A DNA stretch of 64,000 nucleotides from Candidatus Doudnabacteria bacterium (GCA_963837465.1 CAWINB010000004.1:74853-138852); one strand, 5' to 3'. Positions 1 through 11,035 are shown, counted from the stretch's first letter. Numbers and translations are program-made. The notes: generated by a model not told the origin, from the letters alone.

Positions 1-2073
1 GGGCACGCTTTGTTTGTGACCATTGAGGACATCCTGATTAGATATAAAAGGATGCGGGGATACAAGGCCCTTTGGCAGCCGGGAACCGACCACGCCGGCT
101 TTGAAACCCAGGTGGTATTTGAAAAAAAACTGGAAAAAGAAGGCCGGTCGCGCTTTAAAATGCGGCGCGAAGAATTCTACAAAGAAATTTGGGATTTTGT
201 GCAAAGCAACAAGCACATAACGGAAAATGGTTTAAAAAGACTGGGCGCGTCGTGCGACTGGGACAGGAATATTTTTACACTGGATCCGGAAATTGTAAAA
301 ATCGTCTACGCGACATTTAAAAAAATGTACGCTGATGGCCTAGTCTACCGTGGCGACCGCATTGGCAACTGGTGCTTTAAACACCAAACCGCGCTGTCGG
401 ATTTGGAAACCAAATACGAAGAGCGCGTTGAGCCGTTTTATTATTTTAAATACGGCCCGTTCACTATTGGCACCAGCCGTCCGGAAACAAAATTCGGCGA
501 CAAGTACGTGATTATAAATCCAAACGACAAACGCTACCAACAATACAAAAATGGCGACACCTTTGAAGCTGAATGGATTAGCGGCCCCATTAAAGCCACC
601 ATTATAAAAGACGAGGCCGTGGATATGGAATTCGGCAGCGGCGTAATGACTATAACTCCTTGGCATGACCAGGTAGATTTTGACTTGGCGCAAAAGCACA
701 AACTGGACAAAGAGCGGATTATAGACAAGTTTGGAAAATTGCTTCCGGTTGCCGGAGAATTCGCCGGGATGAAAACCGCGATCGCGCGTCCTTTGATTGT
801 GGAAAAATTAAAAAATAAAGGCTTGCTGGAAAAAATTGACGAAAATTACAAGCATAACGTGCAAGTATGCTACAAGTGCGGCACAATAATCGAACCCCAG
901 ATAATTCCACAATGGTTTGTCGCAATGACAAAGACATTACCTGATGAACGCCCTTCCTTGCGTGATATGGCCGTTAATGCCGTCCAGAACAAAGAAGTGG
1001 AGATTGTCACGGAAAAATTTGAAAAAATCTTTACGCACTGGATGGAAAACCTGCGCGACTGGCCCATCTCCAGACAAATCTGGTGGGGAATCCCGATTCC
1101 GGTAAAATACTGTAAAAACAGTTACGAGTTGCGGGTAACTGGTAATGAATGCAAAGAGCCGGTAATTGACATAGAAAATAAAACTGATACCTGCCCCGGT
1201 TGTCGGGGAGCGCTGGTAAATGACCCCGATACCTTTGATACCTGGTTTTCCAGCGGCCAATGGCCATACGCGACTTTAATGGCTAATGATGTTAAACGCG
1301 GAACAAAAGATTTTGAAACTTATTTCCCGACGCAGGTTATGGAAACCGGCTGGGATATTTTATTCTTTTGGGTGGCGCGGATGATGATGCTGTCTTATTA
1401 TAAAACCGGCAAACAGCCGTTTGAAAAAGTTTACTTGCATGGGTTAGTGAGGGCCGGCGACAGGCAAAAAATGAGCAAGAGCAAAGGAAATGTTGTGGGT
1501 ATTTTGGAAGCCACCGATGAATTCGGCGCTGATGCAATTCGCATGGCTGTAATTTTTTCTTCCGCAGCCGGCAATGACATCCCATTGGCAATGGAAAAAA
1601 TTAAAGGAATGAAGCACTTTGCCAATAAGGTCTGGAATATCGCGAGATTTATTTTGAGCAACACTGTCATTGCCAACACTGTCATTGCGAGGAGCGCGGC
1701 CGACGAAGCAATCTTACCACAGGAAAAGATCGCTTCGGACGCACTCGCGATGACAGCCGCGGACAAAAATATTTTAGCTAAATTAGATGCTGTCATAAAA
1801 TCATCTACCGAACATCTCGAAAACTTCCGCCTCCACGAAGCCGCGCAGGAAATTTACCAGTTTATCTGGCATGAATTCGCGGACATTTACATTGAGGCCA
1901 GCAAAAAACAACTGGCCGATGGACAGTTAAAAGAAAGTACTTACAACTTACTAACTTACAACTTACTAACTGTCCTAAAACTTCTCCACCCTTTTATGCC
2001 CTTTGTGACCGAGGAAATTTGGAGCAAACTTAACCAAAAAAGTTTACTGATGGTAACCAAGTGGCCTCTCTAG
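1..2073 (+). CDS. valS: Valyl-tRNA synthetase (5'-truncated by window edge)
   Basis: Frame opens at position 1 with GHA (tail of the HIGH region); PGTDHAG, DTFDTWFSSGQWP, ETGWDILFFWVARM and KMSKS motifs; C-terminal anticodon-binding LLHPFMPFVTEEIW. Confidence 0.97.
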   Translation, partial: GHALFVTIEDILIRYKRMRGYKALWQPGTDHAGFETQVVFEKKLEKEGRSRFKMRREEFYKEIWDFVQSNKHITENGLKRLGASCDWDRNIFTLDPEIVKIVYATFKKMYADGLVYRGDRIGNWCFKHQTALSDLETKYEERVEPFYYFKYGPFTIGTSRPETKFGDKYVIINPNDKRYQQYKNGDTFEAEWISGPIKATIIKDEAVDMEFGSGVMTITPWHDQVDFDLAQKHKLDKERIIDKFGKLLPVAGEFAGMKTAIARPLIVEKLKNKGLLEKIDENYKHNVQVCYKCGTIIEPQIIPQWFVAMTKTLPDERPSLRDMAVNAVQNKEVEIVTEKFEKIFTHWMENLRDWPISRQIWWGIPIPVKYCKNSYELRVTGNECKEPVIDIENKTDTCPGCRGALVNDPDTFDTWFSSGQWPYATLMANDVKRGTKDFETYFPTQVMETGWDILFFWVARMMMLSYYKTGKQPFEKVYLHGLVRAGDRQKMSKSKGNVVGILEATDEFGADAIRMAVIFSSAAGNDIPLAMEKIKGMKHFANKVWNIARFILSNTVIANTVIARSAADEAILPQEKIASDALAMTAADKNILAKLDAVIKSSTEHLENFRLHEAAQEIYQFIWHEFADIYIEASKKQLADGQLKESTYNLLTYNLLTVLKLLHPFMPFVTEEIWSKLNQKSLLMVTKWPL
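1679..1756. repeat. Palindromic RPE/REP-like element inserted in frame in valS
   Basis: ctgtcattgcgag...ctcgcgatgacag inverted arms with internal gaagcaatct/agatcgcttc; translates as VIARSAADEAI...IASDALAMT. Confidence 0.8.
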
Positions 2074-2105
2074 CAACTAAAAACTAAAAACTAATTACTA
2101 AGCTT

Positions 2106-2507
2106 ATGTTCAAAGGATTCAGGCAGTTTATTTTGCGGGGTAATGCCATAGATTTGGCCGTGGGTGTGGTTATGGGCGCGGCTTTTGGCAGTGTGGTTAA
2201 TTCTTTGGTTAAAGATTTGCTGACGCCGCTTATTGGCATACCCGGAAGAATATCCAATTTTTCCTCACTGACGCTGACCATAAACCACAGCCAGTTCGCT
2301 TTTGGCGACTTCTTAAATAATCTGATTTCATTTTTGCTTACGGCCATAGCCGTCTACTTTTTCGTGGTCCTGCCAATGAATACCGTGGTCAACAGGATGC
2401 GCGGAGGCGAAGTTTCGAAACCCAACACAAAAATCTGCCCGCAGTGCTGCAGCGAAATTCCCAAATCCGCTACCCGCTGCGCCCACTGCACCCAGCCGGT
2501 GGAATAG
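2106..2507 (+). CDS. mscL: Large-conductance mechanosensitive channel with C-terminal Cys/His knuckle
   Basis: FRQFILRGNAIDLAVGVVMGAAFGSVVNSLVKD; C-terminal CPQC...CAHC. Confidence 0.95.
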   Translation: MFKGFRQFILRGNAIDLAVGVVMGAAFGSVVNSLVKDLLTPLIGIPGRISNFSSLTLTINHSQFAFGDFLNNLISFLLTAIAVYFFVVLPMNTVVNRMRGGEVSKPNTKICPQCCSEIPKSATRCAHCTQPVE

Positions 2508-2587
2508 CTACAAAGGGCAACCCTTGCGCGGGCCATCTGTCATTCGTTTTTACATCCGTGTCTTCCGTGTAAAATTGTCCCAAATTC

Positions 2588-3788
2588 CTATTCCCTCTCC
2601 TTATAAGCTTCAACTCCTTTGGCCAAAACATCCATAGCCTGTTTTAAGTCGCCTGTATTAAGCACGTAGGCAATCCTGATTTCCTGGGTGCCTTTGCCGG
2701 GGGTGATATAAAAATCTTTCATCGGAGTAACCATAACGGTTTTCCCCTGATGCGAAAACTCCCCTATCATAAATTTAACAAACTCTTCGCTGTCGTTAAT
2801 CGGCAGTTTCACCGCCTGGTAAAACGCGCCCTGGGCCGGCTTAAACACCGCGCCTTTTATTTTGGCCAGGCCGTCCGCCACTACCCTTTGCCTTTTTTTG
2901 TATTCCTGCACGACTTTGTTAACGTAAGGGGCGCTGTTTTCCAAAAGCGGCACCAAACCCAGCTGCTCCAAAGTCCCGGCGGAAAGCCGGGCCTGGGCGA
3001 ACTTTAATATGGCGGACATAACATCGGCGTTAAAACTGGACACGCAGCCAATCCTGGCACCGGGCATGGAAAAACGCTTTGACACGCTGTCGGTTAAAAT
3101 TACCTGCTGCCTGATTGTTTTGTCGCTAAGCAGGCAGTAAGGCTTGCCGGCAAAACGGATTTCGCGGTAAGTTTCATCGGAAATAATAAACAGGCTATAT
3201 TTTTTGGCGATGTCGGCTAAAACTTTCAGCTCCCCCGCGCTCCATAATTTTCCGGTCGGGTTGTCCGGGTTTATTATGACAATGGCTTTGGTGCGGGAGG
3301 TGATTTTTTTCTCTATCTCGGCGGCCGGCGGCAAAGCGAAGTTTTTTTCTATGGGCAGCGTCACGGGTACCAGCTTGATGCCGGCCATTACGGAAAAAGA
3401 TTTGTAGCTGGTATAAAGCGGTTCAAAAACAATAATTTCGTCGCCAAAATCCGCCACTGCCAAAAGCGCCAGCATGATAGCCTCGGCGCAACCCACCGTG
3501 GGCAGCATTCTGGTTTAATTCCAGGCTGATGCCAAATTGCTTGTAGTACTTTTGCCAGGCCGCCATATGAGCCTTTATTCCCGGGCTTGGCGCGTAACCC
3601 AAAGTCTTTTCGTCGTATTTTTTTATGACCCGCATAAACTCCGGCGGCGGAGCCAAATCCGGATCGCCCACATTTAACCTAAAAACCTTCACCCCCCTGC
3701 CTTCCGCCGCCTGCATCAACGGCAAAAACTTGCGTATTGGCGAAGCAATAACATTTTGTCCGCGCTTGGAAACTTGTAACTTATCCAT
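2588..3788 (-). pseudogene. PLP-dependent class I/II aminotransferase, split by a +1 frameshift near 3510
   Basis: N-terminal half (LNVGDPD, GYAPSPG) in ORF 3423-3788, remainder (NPDNPTG, SDETY, SVSKRFSMPGARIG) in ORF 2588-3508; junction CAG-A-ATG-CTG-CCC. May be an assembly error. Confidence 0.85.
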
Positions 3789-4244
3789 GATTAGTAAATT
3801 TTAATACTTTTAAGAAAGATTGTTCTTTATCTTTTTTTATTACGTGTTCCCAAATTCTAATTACTTTCCAACCCTTATTATTTAAATAAGCGGTAATTTC
3901 ATGGTCTCTCTTTTATTATTTTCAATCTTTAATCTCCAAAAATCGTCTTTTAATAAATGCTTCCACCTTGGGTACTGCCAACCGTGCCAAAAATCACTGT
4001 CTAAAAAAACACAAATTCTCTTTTTTCTAAATACTATATCTGGTTTCCCTCTGATTGAAGCGGTATTAATTTCGAATTTATTTTTTGTTCTGATTTTTAA
4101 TTCCGCGATAAAATCTTGTTCAAATTTAGTTTCTCTAGAACGTATTTTGGACATTAAATTTGAACGGCGCTTTTTACTTAGCTTATCAGGCGTTCTGATT
4201 TTTTTAAAATTTCTGCCCGAATAATTTTTATAAACTTTTTTCAT
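3781..4244 (-). pseudogene. vsr: Vsr very-short-patch repair endonuclease, frameshifted near 3910
   Basis: RRSNLMSKIRSRETKFE, GKPDIVF, FLDSDFWHG; the conserved tail RDHEITAYLNNKGWKVIRIWEH lies in another frame ending at TAA 3781-3783. Confidence 0.85.
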
Positions 4245-5287
4245 TCTAAACCAGATTCAAAAATTTCAGAGGCCTTACAGTTTTCCAAATCAGAATCGGA
4301 ACTTTTATTCAGTAAACTTTTCCAAGCTTCAATCCTGTCATTACCTATATTTTTCAATTTCCAATACTCTAATAATTTGTCTTGGGGTATTAAATCAATC
4401 GTCCTGGTTACTAATTTTGCTTTTTCGAAAAGAAGAGCGAATATCTGAGGAACCATAATTTTTTTACCACTAACTTTTAATCCAACCTGTCCGCCGGCTG
4501 TAAAAAAATCCCTCAAATTATGAGTTATGGCATTATAGTCATTAAGCAAAAAGGCTGCGACTCTTTCAAACTTTGTTTTGTTATTGTTGCCAAAAATCTC
4601 TGGGAAAAAAATCATGGATTTAATAATAAAATCCGACTCCTCTTTTTCGTCAAATTTATTTAAAAACCGTACGATCGGCTGATCGTTTTTTGCCATACCT
4701 GGATCTATCCACCATAATTCTTCTCCCGGCTTTAACAATGACCTATAGTGTTCTTTGAATTTTAAAATTGGCTTTGGGTCTTTTCGCAGTGAGTCATAAT
4801 CTAAGTTTAATTTATTAAAGATAGACTGTCCTAAAGGGAGTTCCATGTCAATTTTGTAACGCGGTGAATGGGTCACGGCAACTTCATAGAGACAATCTTG
4901 ATACGGTCTGTATATAATATTAGGAGAGCCTCCCAGTTTTCCAAAAAACATATATATTCGTTCTGTCTCTTCCACCCGAGTCCCCTCCGCGACGCTGTTG
5001 CCCGTGGAAATCCATTTATCTTCGGCGGTAACTTTAACTTCTATGCCATAATATTGATTGGCTATTATGTCAGGAAAGGTCTGCTTACCTGTTTGTCTTA
5101 TAGTGCCATAAAACTTTGTACCCTTTGACGCCAAACACATCTTCGCGAAAACTATATTTTCAAAAGACACCCCATCCATTTTTATGCTGGGCGTCTTTTT
5201 TATTTCTTCCAAACACAAAATCTTAGTTTTTTCCAACAAGTTCCTGAACTCTTCTTCCGTGATTTTTTGACTCTGAATGTAAACCAT
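4241..5287 (-). CDS. Putative type II restriction endonuclease (PD-(D/E)xK)
   Basis: FPDII...GIEVK motif; lies between C5 methyltransferase and vsr; low GC. Confidence 0.75.
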   Translation of the reverse strand: MVYIQSQKITEEEFRNLLEKTKILCLEEIKKTPSIKMDGVSFENIVFAKMCLASKGTKFYGTIRQTGKQTFPDIIANQYYGIEVKVTAEDKWISTGNSVAEGTRVEETERIYMFFGKLGGSPNIIYRPYQDCLYEVAVTHSPRYKIDMELPLGQSIFNKLNLDYDSLRKDPKPILKFKEHYRSLLKPGEELWWIDPGMAKNDQPIVRFLNKFDEKEESDFIIKSMIFFPEIFGNNNKTKFERVAAFLLNDYNAITHNLRDFFTAGGQVGLKVSGKKIMVPQIFALLFEKAKLVTRTIDLIPQDKLLEYWKLKNIGNDRIEAWKSLLNKSSDSDLENCKASEIFESGLE

Positions 5288-6263
5288 TAAGTTTGGAATT
5301 AAGATTCCTATCTAAAAATTCCTCAATACTTTTCGCTATATGCCAAGCCAAAACCGGAGGCACAGCGTTACCTATTTGTTTATACGCGCTAGATGTTGAA
5401 GGTAAAAATTCAAAATCATCCGGGAAAGATTGAATACGCGCCGCTTCTCGAGCGGAAAGCCTTCTTTTTCCATTCCAATGGTATTCAATATTGCCATGGT
5501 GCTCTGTTCTCATTGTTGGACCAGGTTTATTAGCGGAAACCAAGTTATTACCCTGACCTTTATTCTTTTTAGCTTTGGACCAATAATGATTTAGTAAAGC
5601 TCCTTCCTCTTTTTTCTCCAAATCCCCAATCGCTTCTTTTAAAGTAACCCAGTTATTTTTATTCAATAAAGGTTTTGGGTGATCAAAAGGAGGTAGCGCG
5701 TCTTTACGAGTTCCTACTATAATAACCCTTTCTCTCTTTTGAGGAACTCCATAATCGGCTGCTAGTAAAAGCTTATAACGGACATGGTAACCCAAAACTT
5801 CAAAATCTTTTACTATAGTTTCTATAGCGTTATCCATTGTTAGCAAACCTTTAACATTTTCAGCTATAAAAACTAGTGGAGTTGTTCTCTTTACTACTTC
5901 TACCATGCTGCGATACAAAACCCCTCTTTTACCTTCAAAGCCCATTCTTTTACCAGCGTGGCTAAAATCTTGACAAGGAAAACCTCCAAGCACAACATCA
6001 ACATGCTGAGGCAGCGATCTATCAAAAATAGTTCCGGAATGCTTGTTGGCTAAAATTTCGGTGATATTGCCGCAAATAATTTCGTGCTTAAAATATTTTC
6101 TAAAACTTTCACAAGCTGATTCGTCTATATCATTAGCCCATTTTACCTCAAAATTTCTTTTGGAGTACTTTTTACCTAAAAACGTAAAACCCCCAGTGAA
6201 GCCTAAATCTAATCCTCCACAACCTGTAAAGAGCGAAGCTATAGAATATTTTTGTTTTTGCAT
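5223..6263 (-). CDS. dcm: DNA cytosine-C5 methyltransferase
   Basis: SLFTGCGGLDLG, GGFPCQDFS, ENVKGL, QKRERV, YKQIGNAVPP motifs. Confidence 0.95.
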   Translation of the reverse strand: MQKQKYSIASLFTGCGGLDLGFTGGFTFLGKKYSKRNFEVKWANDIDESACESFRKYFKHEIICGNITEILANKHSGTIFDRSLPQHVDVVLGGFPCQDFSHAGKRMGFEGKRGVLYRSMVEVVKRTTPLVFIAENVKGLLTMDNAIETIVKDFEVLGYHVRYKLLLAADYGVPQKRERVIIVGTRKDALPPFDHPKPLLNKNNWVTLKEAIGDLEKKEEGALLNHYWSKAKKNKGQGNNLVSANKPGPTMRTEHHGNIEYHWNGKRRLSAREAARIQSFPDDFEFLPSTSSAYKQIGNAVPPVLAWHIAKSIEEFLDRNLNSKLNGLHSESKNHGRRVQELVGKN

Positions 6264-6295
6264 AAATTTATTATATTAGTTTTTACTGCATTTTA

Positions 6296-6324
6296 ATAGT
6301 ATACTTTCGTTCACCAATAGTCAA
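6296..6324 (-). promoter_or_regulatory. Sigma70 promoter with embedded operator (box copy 1)
   Basis: Minus strand TTGACT-17-TACTAT; spacer carries GGTGAAC-GAAA-GTATACT. Confidence 0.7.
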
Positions 6325-6382
6325 CTAATCATAAATGGCTTGAATTGAAGACTTTTTGATTATTTATCCACAGAAATAAAAC

Positions 6383-6416
6383 TAAAATCCCATCCTTTTG
6401 AGAGGATGGGATTTTA
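6383..6416 (-). terminator. Intrinsic terminator after rpoC
   Basis: aaaatcccatcct/aggatgggatttt hairpin flanked by A/T runs. Confidence 0.75.
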
Positions 6417-6424
6417 AGAATTTT

Positions 6425-9400
6425 CTATTCCATTACTTCGACGACTGCTTCCATGGCCGAGCCTTCTATTTGCAGGTTTTGGCGGGCAATTTCGTCGGTG
6501 TAACCGGTACCGGCGGGAATGAGTTTGCCGATGATGACATTTTCTTTTAAGCCACGCAAATAATCTGTTTTTCCCGTAACAGCCGCTTCAATAAGCACGC
6601 GGGTGGTTTCCTGAAAACTGGCCGCGGCCAAAAACGAATCGGTGTTTAAGGAGACTTTGGTAATACCCATCAGCAGCTGCTCCGTGGTAGCGGGACGTTT
6701 GCCGGCGGAAACCAACTGTTCGTTAATGGCGCCGAGCTTGGCTTTGTCCACCACTTCGCCGGAAACAAATTCGCTGTCGCCGGAATCATTAATGCGGATT
6801 TTGGAAAACATTTGTTTTACAATAACTTCAATATGTTTGTCGTGGATGTTCTGACCCTGGGAAACGTAGATATCCTGGACTTCCTTGACCACGTATTTCT
6901 GCGCGGCTTCCAAACCCTTAAGTTCCATAATCTGCCCGGGGTTTAAATTGCCTTCTGTCAGCTGCTGGCCTTTGGTCACCAAGTCGCGGTCCTTAACCAG
7001 TAAAGACAAAGCCGCGGGAATGATATATTCCTTGACCTGGTCGCTTTCGTGCACCACGGTGATTTTGCTTTTGTCGGTGCCAAATCCGGATAAGACAACC
7101 AGGCCAGTTGTTTTAGCCTTAATCTGCTTGCCGCTTTCATCCACATACAAAACTTCCCCGGCTTCCACGCGGCTGCCATCTTTAATGGATGACTGCGCGT
7201 TGCCAAGTTCGTAGACATCCGTTTCCACATCCGCGCCCTGGATCCTGACCACCTGTTCTTTGTTGTTGGGCTTGCTGATGTAAACCTGTCCGTCTATTTC
7301 CGAAACCGTGGCCTGACCTTTGGGCTCTCTGGCTTCAAATAATTCTTCCACGCGGGGCAACCCCTGGGTAATATCTTTTACCGAGGCCGAACCTCCGGTG
7401 TGGAAAGTTCTCATAGTCAGCTGGGTACCCGGTTCGCCAATGGATTGAGCGGCCACAATACCTACGGCGGCGCCCATTTTTACCATATCGTTAAAACCTA
7501 AATCGTAACCATAGCACATGCGGCAAACGCCGCGGGGCAGCTTGCATTTGAGCACGCTGCGGCACTTAACTTCCTGCGAACCGGTATCGGCAATGGCCTT
7601 GGCCTGCAAATCATCAATCCCGTGGTTCTTTTCCACAATAACCTGTCCGTCTTTATCTTTCACTTCCTCGGCGGCAACTCTGCCGAACAAGCGGCGGTCA
7701 AACAGTTTGTTCATGCGCTGGCTTTCTTCCTGGGTGATTAGATCGTACTCTTCGGTGCCGCAATCCTCGGAGTTAACCACAATGTCCTGGGCCACGTCCA
7801 CCAACCGGCGGGTCAAATAACCGGCATCGGCGGTACGCATAGCGGTATCGGACATACCTTTTCTGGATCCGTGAGTGGAAATAAAATATTCCAAAACGCC
7901 CAGGCCTTCCTTAAAGCTGCCTTTAACCGGCAGTTCAATAACGTCGCCGGCCGGGTTAACCACCAGTCCTTTCATTCCGGACATCTGGGTGATTTGCGAA
8001 AACGAGCCTCTGGCGCCGCTGGACACAAAATAGTTAACCGAGCCGTATTCGGTAACGGTGCCGACAACCGACTTGGCGATGTTTTCCGAAACATCGGCCC
8101 AAATTTCCACCACGCGGTTTTTGCGCTCTTCTTCGGTAAGCAGTCCTTCGCGGTATTGCTGGTAAGTACCTTCAACTTCGGTGTCGGCTATTTTTAGCAT
8201 TTCATATTTGCCTTCAGGCACCAGCAAATCATCCATACCCCAGGACAGCCCGGATTTTTTCATATAGTAAAAACCGGTGCGCTTGATTTCGTCAATCAGT
8301 TCCGCGGTTTTTTCATTGCCGAGCAAACGGTGCGCCTCGCGGACCAGGGCTTGGAGTTTCTTCTTGTCAAAGTTATCGTTCCTAAAGCCAAATTCCCTGG
8401 GCACGACTTTATTAAAGATAAGCCGCCCAACGGAAGTTTCCGTAAGTTCTCCGTTCTCGCCGTTGTCCAAAGGCAACCTGACTTTAATGGCAGCCTGAAT
8501 ATGCGCGTAGCCGTTGTTGTAAGCCAAAATAGCTTCGGTGGGGTTGGCAAAGACCTTGCCTTCGCCTTTCATACCGGGATGGATGCGGGTAATGTAATAA
8601 CAGCCCACCACCACGTCTTTGTCCGGAGTCATAACCGGATCGCCGCTGGCAGGCTTAAGCAGGTTGTGGGCCGAGGCCATAATTTCCCGCGCTTCTTTTT
8701 GGGCCGCTTCGGTTAACGGCACGTGCACGGCCATTTGGTCGCCGTCAAAATCCGCGTTAAACGCGGCACAGACCATCGGATGCAACTGAATGGCCTTGCC
8801 TTCTATTAATACCGGCTGGAAAGCCTGGAAACCCAAACGGTGCAGGGTCGGGGCGCGGTTAAGCAGTACGTAGTGTCCGCGGGTAACCTCTTCCAAAATA
8901 TCATAAACTTCTGTCCTGCCCTGTTCTATTAAACGATTGGCGGAGCGGACATTATGGGCGAATTCGCGGCCGATTAGTTTGCTGATAACAAAAGGCTTGA
9001 ACAATTCCAAAGCCATCATTTTGGGCAAACCGCACTGGTGCAATTTTAAGTGCGGGCCCACAACAATAACGCTGCGTCCGCTGTAGTCCACGCGTTTACC
9101 CAAAAGGTTTTGGCGGAACCGTCCCTGTTTGCCTTTAAGCATGTCGGCAAGCGACCTTAACTTGCGTTTCTGTCCGGTGGAGGCAGTTACCTCTTTGCCG
9201 TGGCGGATGCTGTTGTCTATTAAAGCGTCCACCGCTTCCTGCAGCATACGTTTTTCGTTTTTGGTAATAACTTCCGGCGCCTTAATTTCCAGCAATTTTT
9301 TTAAGCGGTTATTGCGGTTAATAACGCGGCGGTACAAATCGTTTAAGTCGGACGCGGCAAAACGGCCGCCATCCAACTGGACCATGGGCCGCAAATCCGG

Positions 9401-10345
9401 AGGAATAACCGGCAAAGCCGAAATCAGCATCCATTCGGGGCGCAGTCCGGCGTGGACCAGGGATTTTATTAATTTTAAACGCTTTAAAACCTTGCGCTGG
9501 GCCTGGCCTTCCAGGTTGGGCAGCTGGGTTTGCAAATCCGCCAGCAACTGTTCCAGGTTAACTTCTTCTAAAAGACCCTTGATCCCCTCGGCGCCAATAC
9601 CGGCCGAAAAAACCGGGCCGTACTTTAAGCTTAAGTCGCGGTATTGCAGTTCGCTGATGATTTGATGCTTTTTGATGGATTTAAGTTCGCTCCTGGCCTG
9701 ATCCCGTATGCTTTCCAAACCTTCCAGCTCCTTGCTCCAGGCATCCTTGAGTCTTGTAACTTCCGCGTCAGTTTCCGCTCCGGCCAAATCTTTATCTTTA
9801 TTGGATGGCTTCTGCTGGGTCTTGGTTTTGGCAATCAGGGCTTCGTACTTGTCTTCTATTTCCTTTTTCTTGCCCTTAAACTCCCGTTCAATCTGCTCCA
9901 CAGTCTGCATTCTGGCTTCTTCGTCCACATTGGTAATAATGTGGGCGGCAAAGTAGACGACTTTTTCCAAATCCATAACGCCCAAATCCAAAATCAAACC
10001 CAAACGAGAGGGTACGCCGCGCAAAAACCAAATGTGGGCCACGGGCACGGCCAGTTTAATATGGCCCATGCGCTCGCGGCGGACAGAGGACTTGGTAACT
10101 TCCACGCCGCACTTGTCGCATACAATGCCTTTGTAGCGAATGCGCTTATACTTGCCGCAATAACATTCCCAGTCTTTGATAGGACCGAAAATCTTTTCGT
10201 CAAAAAGCCCGTCCTTTTCCGGACGCTGGGTTCTATAATTAATAGTTTCCGGCTTGGTAACCTCTCCGTGCGACCATTGCAAAATGGTATCCGGGGAAGC
10301 CAGTTTCAGCCTTACACCTTTAAAATCTTCGGTTTGGGTGAACAT
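6425..10345 (-). CDS. rpoC: RNA polymerase beta' subunit
   Basis: NADFDGDQMAVH catalytic motif, N-terminal Zn finger, GEPGTQLTMRTFH. Confidence 0.99.
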   Translation of the reverse strand: MFTQTEDFKGVRLKLASPDTILQWSHGEVTKPETINYRTQRPEKDGLFDEKIFGPIKDWECYCGKYKRIRYKGIVCDKCGVEVTKSSVRRERMGHIKLAVPVAHIWFLRGVPSRLGLILDLGVMDLEKVVYFAAHIITNVDEEARMQTVEQIEREFKGKKKEIEDKYEALIAKTKTQQKPSNKDKDLAGAETDAEVTRLKDAWSKELEGLESIRDQARSELKSIKKHQIISELQYRDLSLKYGPVFSAGIGAEGIKGLLEEVNLEQLLADLQTQLPNLEGQAQRKVLKRLKLIKSLVHAGLRPEWMLISALPVIPPDLRPMVQLDGGRFAASDLNDLYRRVINRNNRLKKLLEIKAPEVITKNEKRMLQEAVDALIDNSIRHGKEVTASTGQKRKLRSLADMLKGKQGRFRQNLLGKRVDYSGRSVIVVGPHLKLHQCGLPKMMALELFKPFVISKLIGREFAHNVRSANRLIEQGRTEVYDILEEVTRGHYVLLNRAPTLHRLGFQAFQPVLIEGKAIQLHPMVCAAFNADFDGDQMAVHVPLTEAAQKEAREIMASAHNLLKPASGDPVMTPDKDVVVGCYYITRIHPGMKGEGKVFANPTEAILAYNNGYAHIQAAIKVRLPLDNGENGELTETSVGRLIFNKVVPREFGFRNDNFDKKKLQALVREAHRLLGNEKTAELIDEIKRTGFYYMKKSGLSWGMDDLLVPEGKYEMLKIADTEVEGTYQQYREGLLTEEERKNRVVEIWADVSENIAKSVVGTVTEYGSVNYFVSSGARGSFSQITQMSGMKGLVVNPAGDVIELPVKGSFKEGLGVLEYFISTHGSRKGMSDTAMRTADAGYLTRRLVDVAQDIVVNSEDCGTEEYDLITQEESQRMNKLFDRRLFGRVAAEEVKDKDGQVIVEKNHGIDDLQAKAIADTGSQEVKCRSVLKCKLPRGVCRMCYGYDLGFNDMVKMGAAVGIVAAQSIGEPGTQLTMRTFHTGGSASVKDITQGLPRVEELFEAREPKGQATVSEIDGQVYISKPNNKEQVVRIQGADVETDVYELGNAQSSIKDGSRVEAGEVLYVDESGKQIKAKTTGLVVLSGFGTDKSKITVVHESDQVKEYIIPAALSLLVKDRDLVTKGQQLTEGNLNPGQIMELKGLEAAQKYVVKEVQDIYVSQGQNIHDKHIEVIVKQMFSKIRINDSGDSEFVSGEVVDKAKLGAINEQLVSAGKRPATTEQLLMGITKVSLNTDSFLAAASFQETTRVLIEAAVTGKTDYLRGLKENVIIGKLIPAGTGYTDEIARQNLQIEGSAMEAVVEVME

Positions 10346-10407
10346 ATGGGAAAGTGATTAGTTGATAGTGTGTCATCCTGAATTTATTTCAGGATCCATT
10401 ATTTATA

Positions 10408-10513
10408 TAATTTCAAATTACAAATATCAAATTTCAAATGAATGGCAAGTGTCAAAGTTTAAAATTGAAACATTAGGATTTTATTTGAAATTTGTAATTG
10501 GAAATTTGAAATT
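10408..10513. repeat. Inverted heptamer-repeat hairpin
   Basis: atttcaa/attacaa/atatcaa/atttcaa ... ttgaaat/ttgtaat/tggaaat/ttgaaat. Confidence 0.7.
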
Positions 10514-10589
10514 AAACCTGGCCTTTACAAAACTCTCTCTCTCTTTGGTATTCTTGGGTGTCCGAACACTTGGTGTTTAAAGGAGGAGT

Positions 10590-10799
10590 ATGTACGTATA
10601 TTTCGTCGCCTACTGGGACCATTATTTCAATGGCTCCTACAATGATGAAGTGAAAATGGCGCAAAAGATCACTTCTTTGGAGCAGGTTAGGAAGCTGGAG
10701 CAAGAGATCAACAAGAAGAGGAACAAAGCAGCTGCCTCAGGGTCACAATACCACAATGTCAACATTACCTGGTTTCAGCTACTGCGTCGGGAAAAATGA
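10590..10799 (+). CDS. Small hypothetical protein antisense to rpoB-rpoC
   Basis: AAGGAGG SD 4 nt before ATG, upstream TTTACA-17-TATTCT, downstream GC hairpin plus T-run (about 10838-10896). Confidence 0.65.
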   Translation: MYVYFVAYWDHYFNGSYNDEVKMAQKITSLEQVRKLEQEINKKRNKAAASGSQYHNVNITWFQLLRREK

Positions 10800-11035
10800 C
10801 AGGCTGTCATCGCAAACTGCCAGTACATCGGCTGCGCGCCCGGTTCCGTCAATTCCGCCAAGCGATGGCGGGTGACGGAACCGGGTCGTTTTTTTGCCCA
10901 CAACAATTTAATTTATAGAGCCTCTGGAGGAGATATTTTTTACGGCTGATGATTATCCTTTGGCGTAAAAATCCGGGATGACAACTCTTAGATTCAGCGT
11001 CTATTCAGCGTACGTATCAGCGACAATTCAGCGGC

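Noticed and set aside
9644-10357. Long antisense ORFs such as 9644-10357, 31888-32613, 36619-37380 and 61202-61843
   Set aside because: They shadow well-supported genes on the opposite strand and have no recognisable motifs
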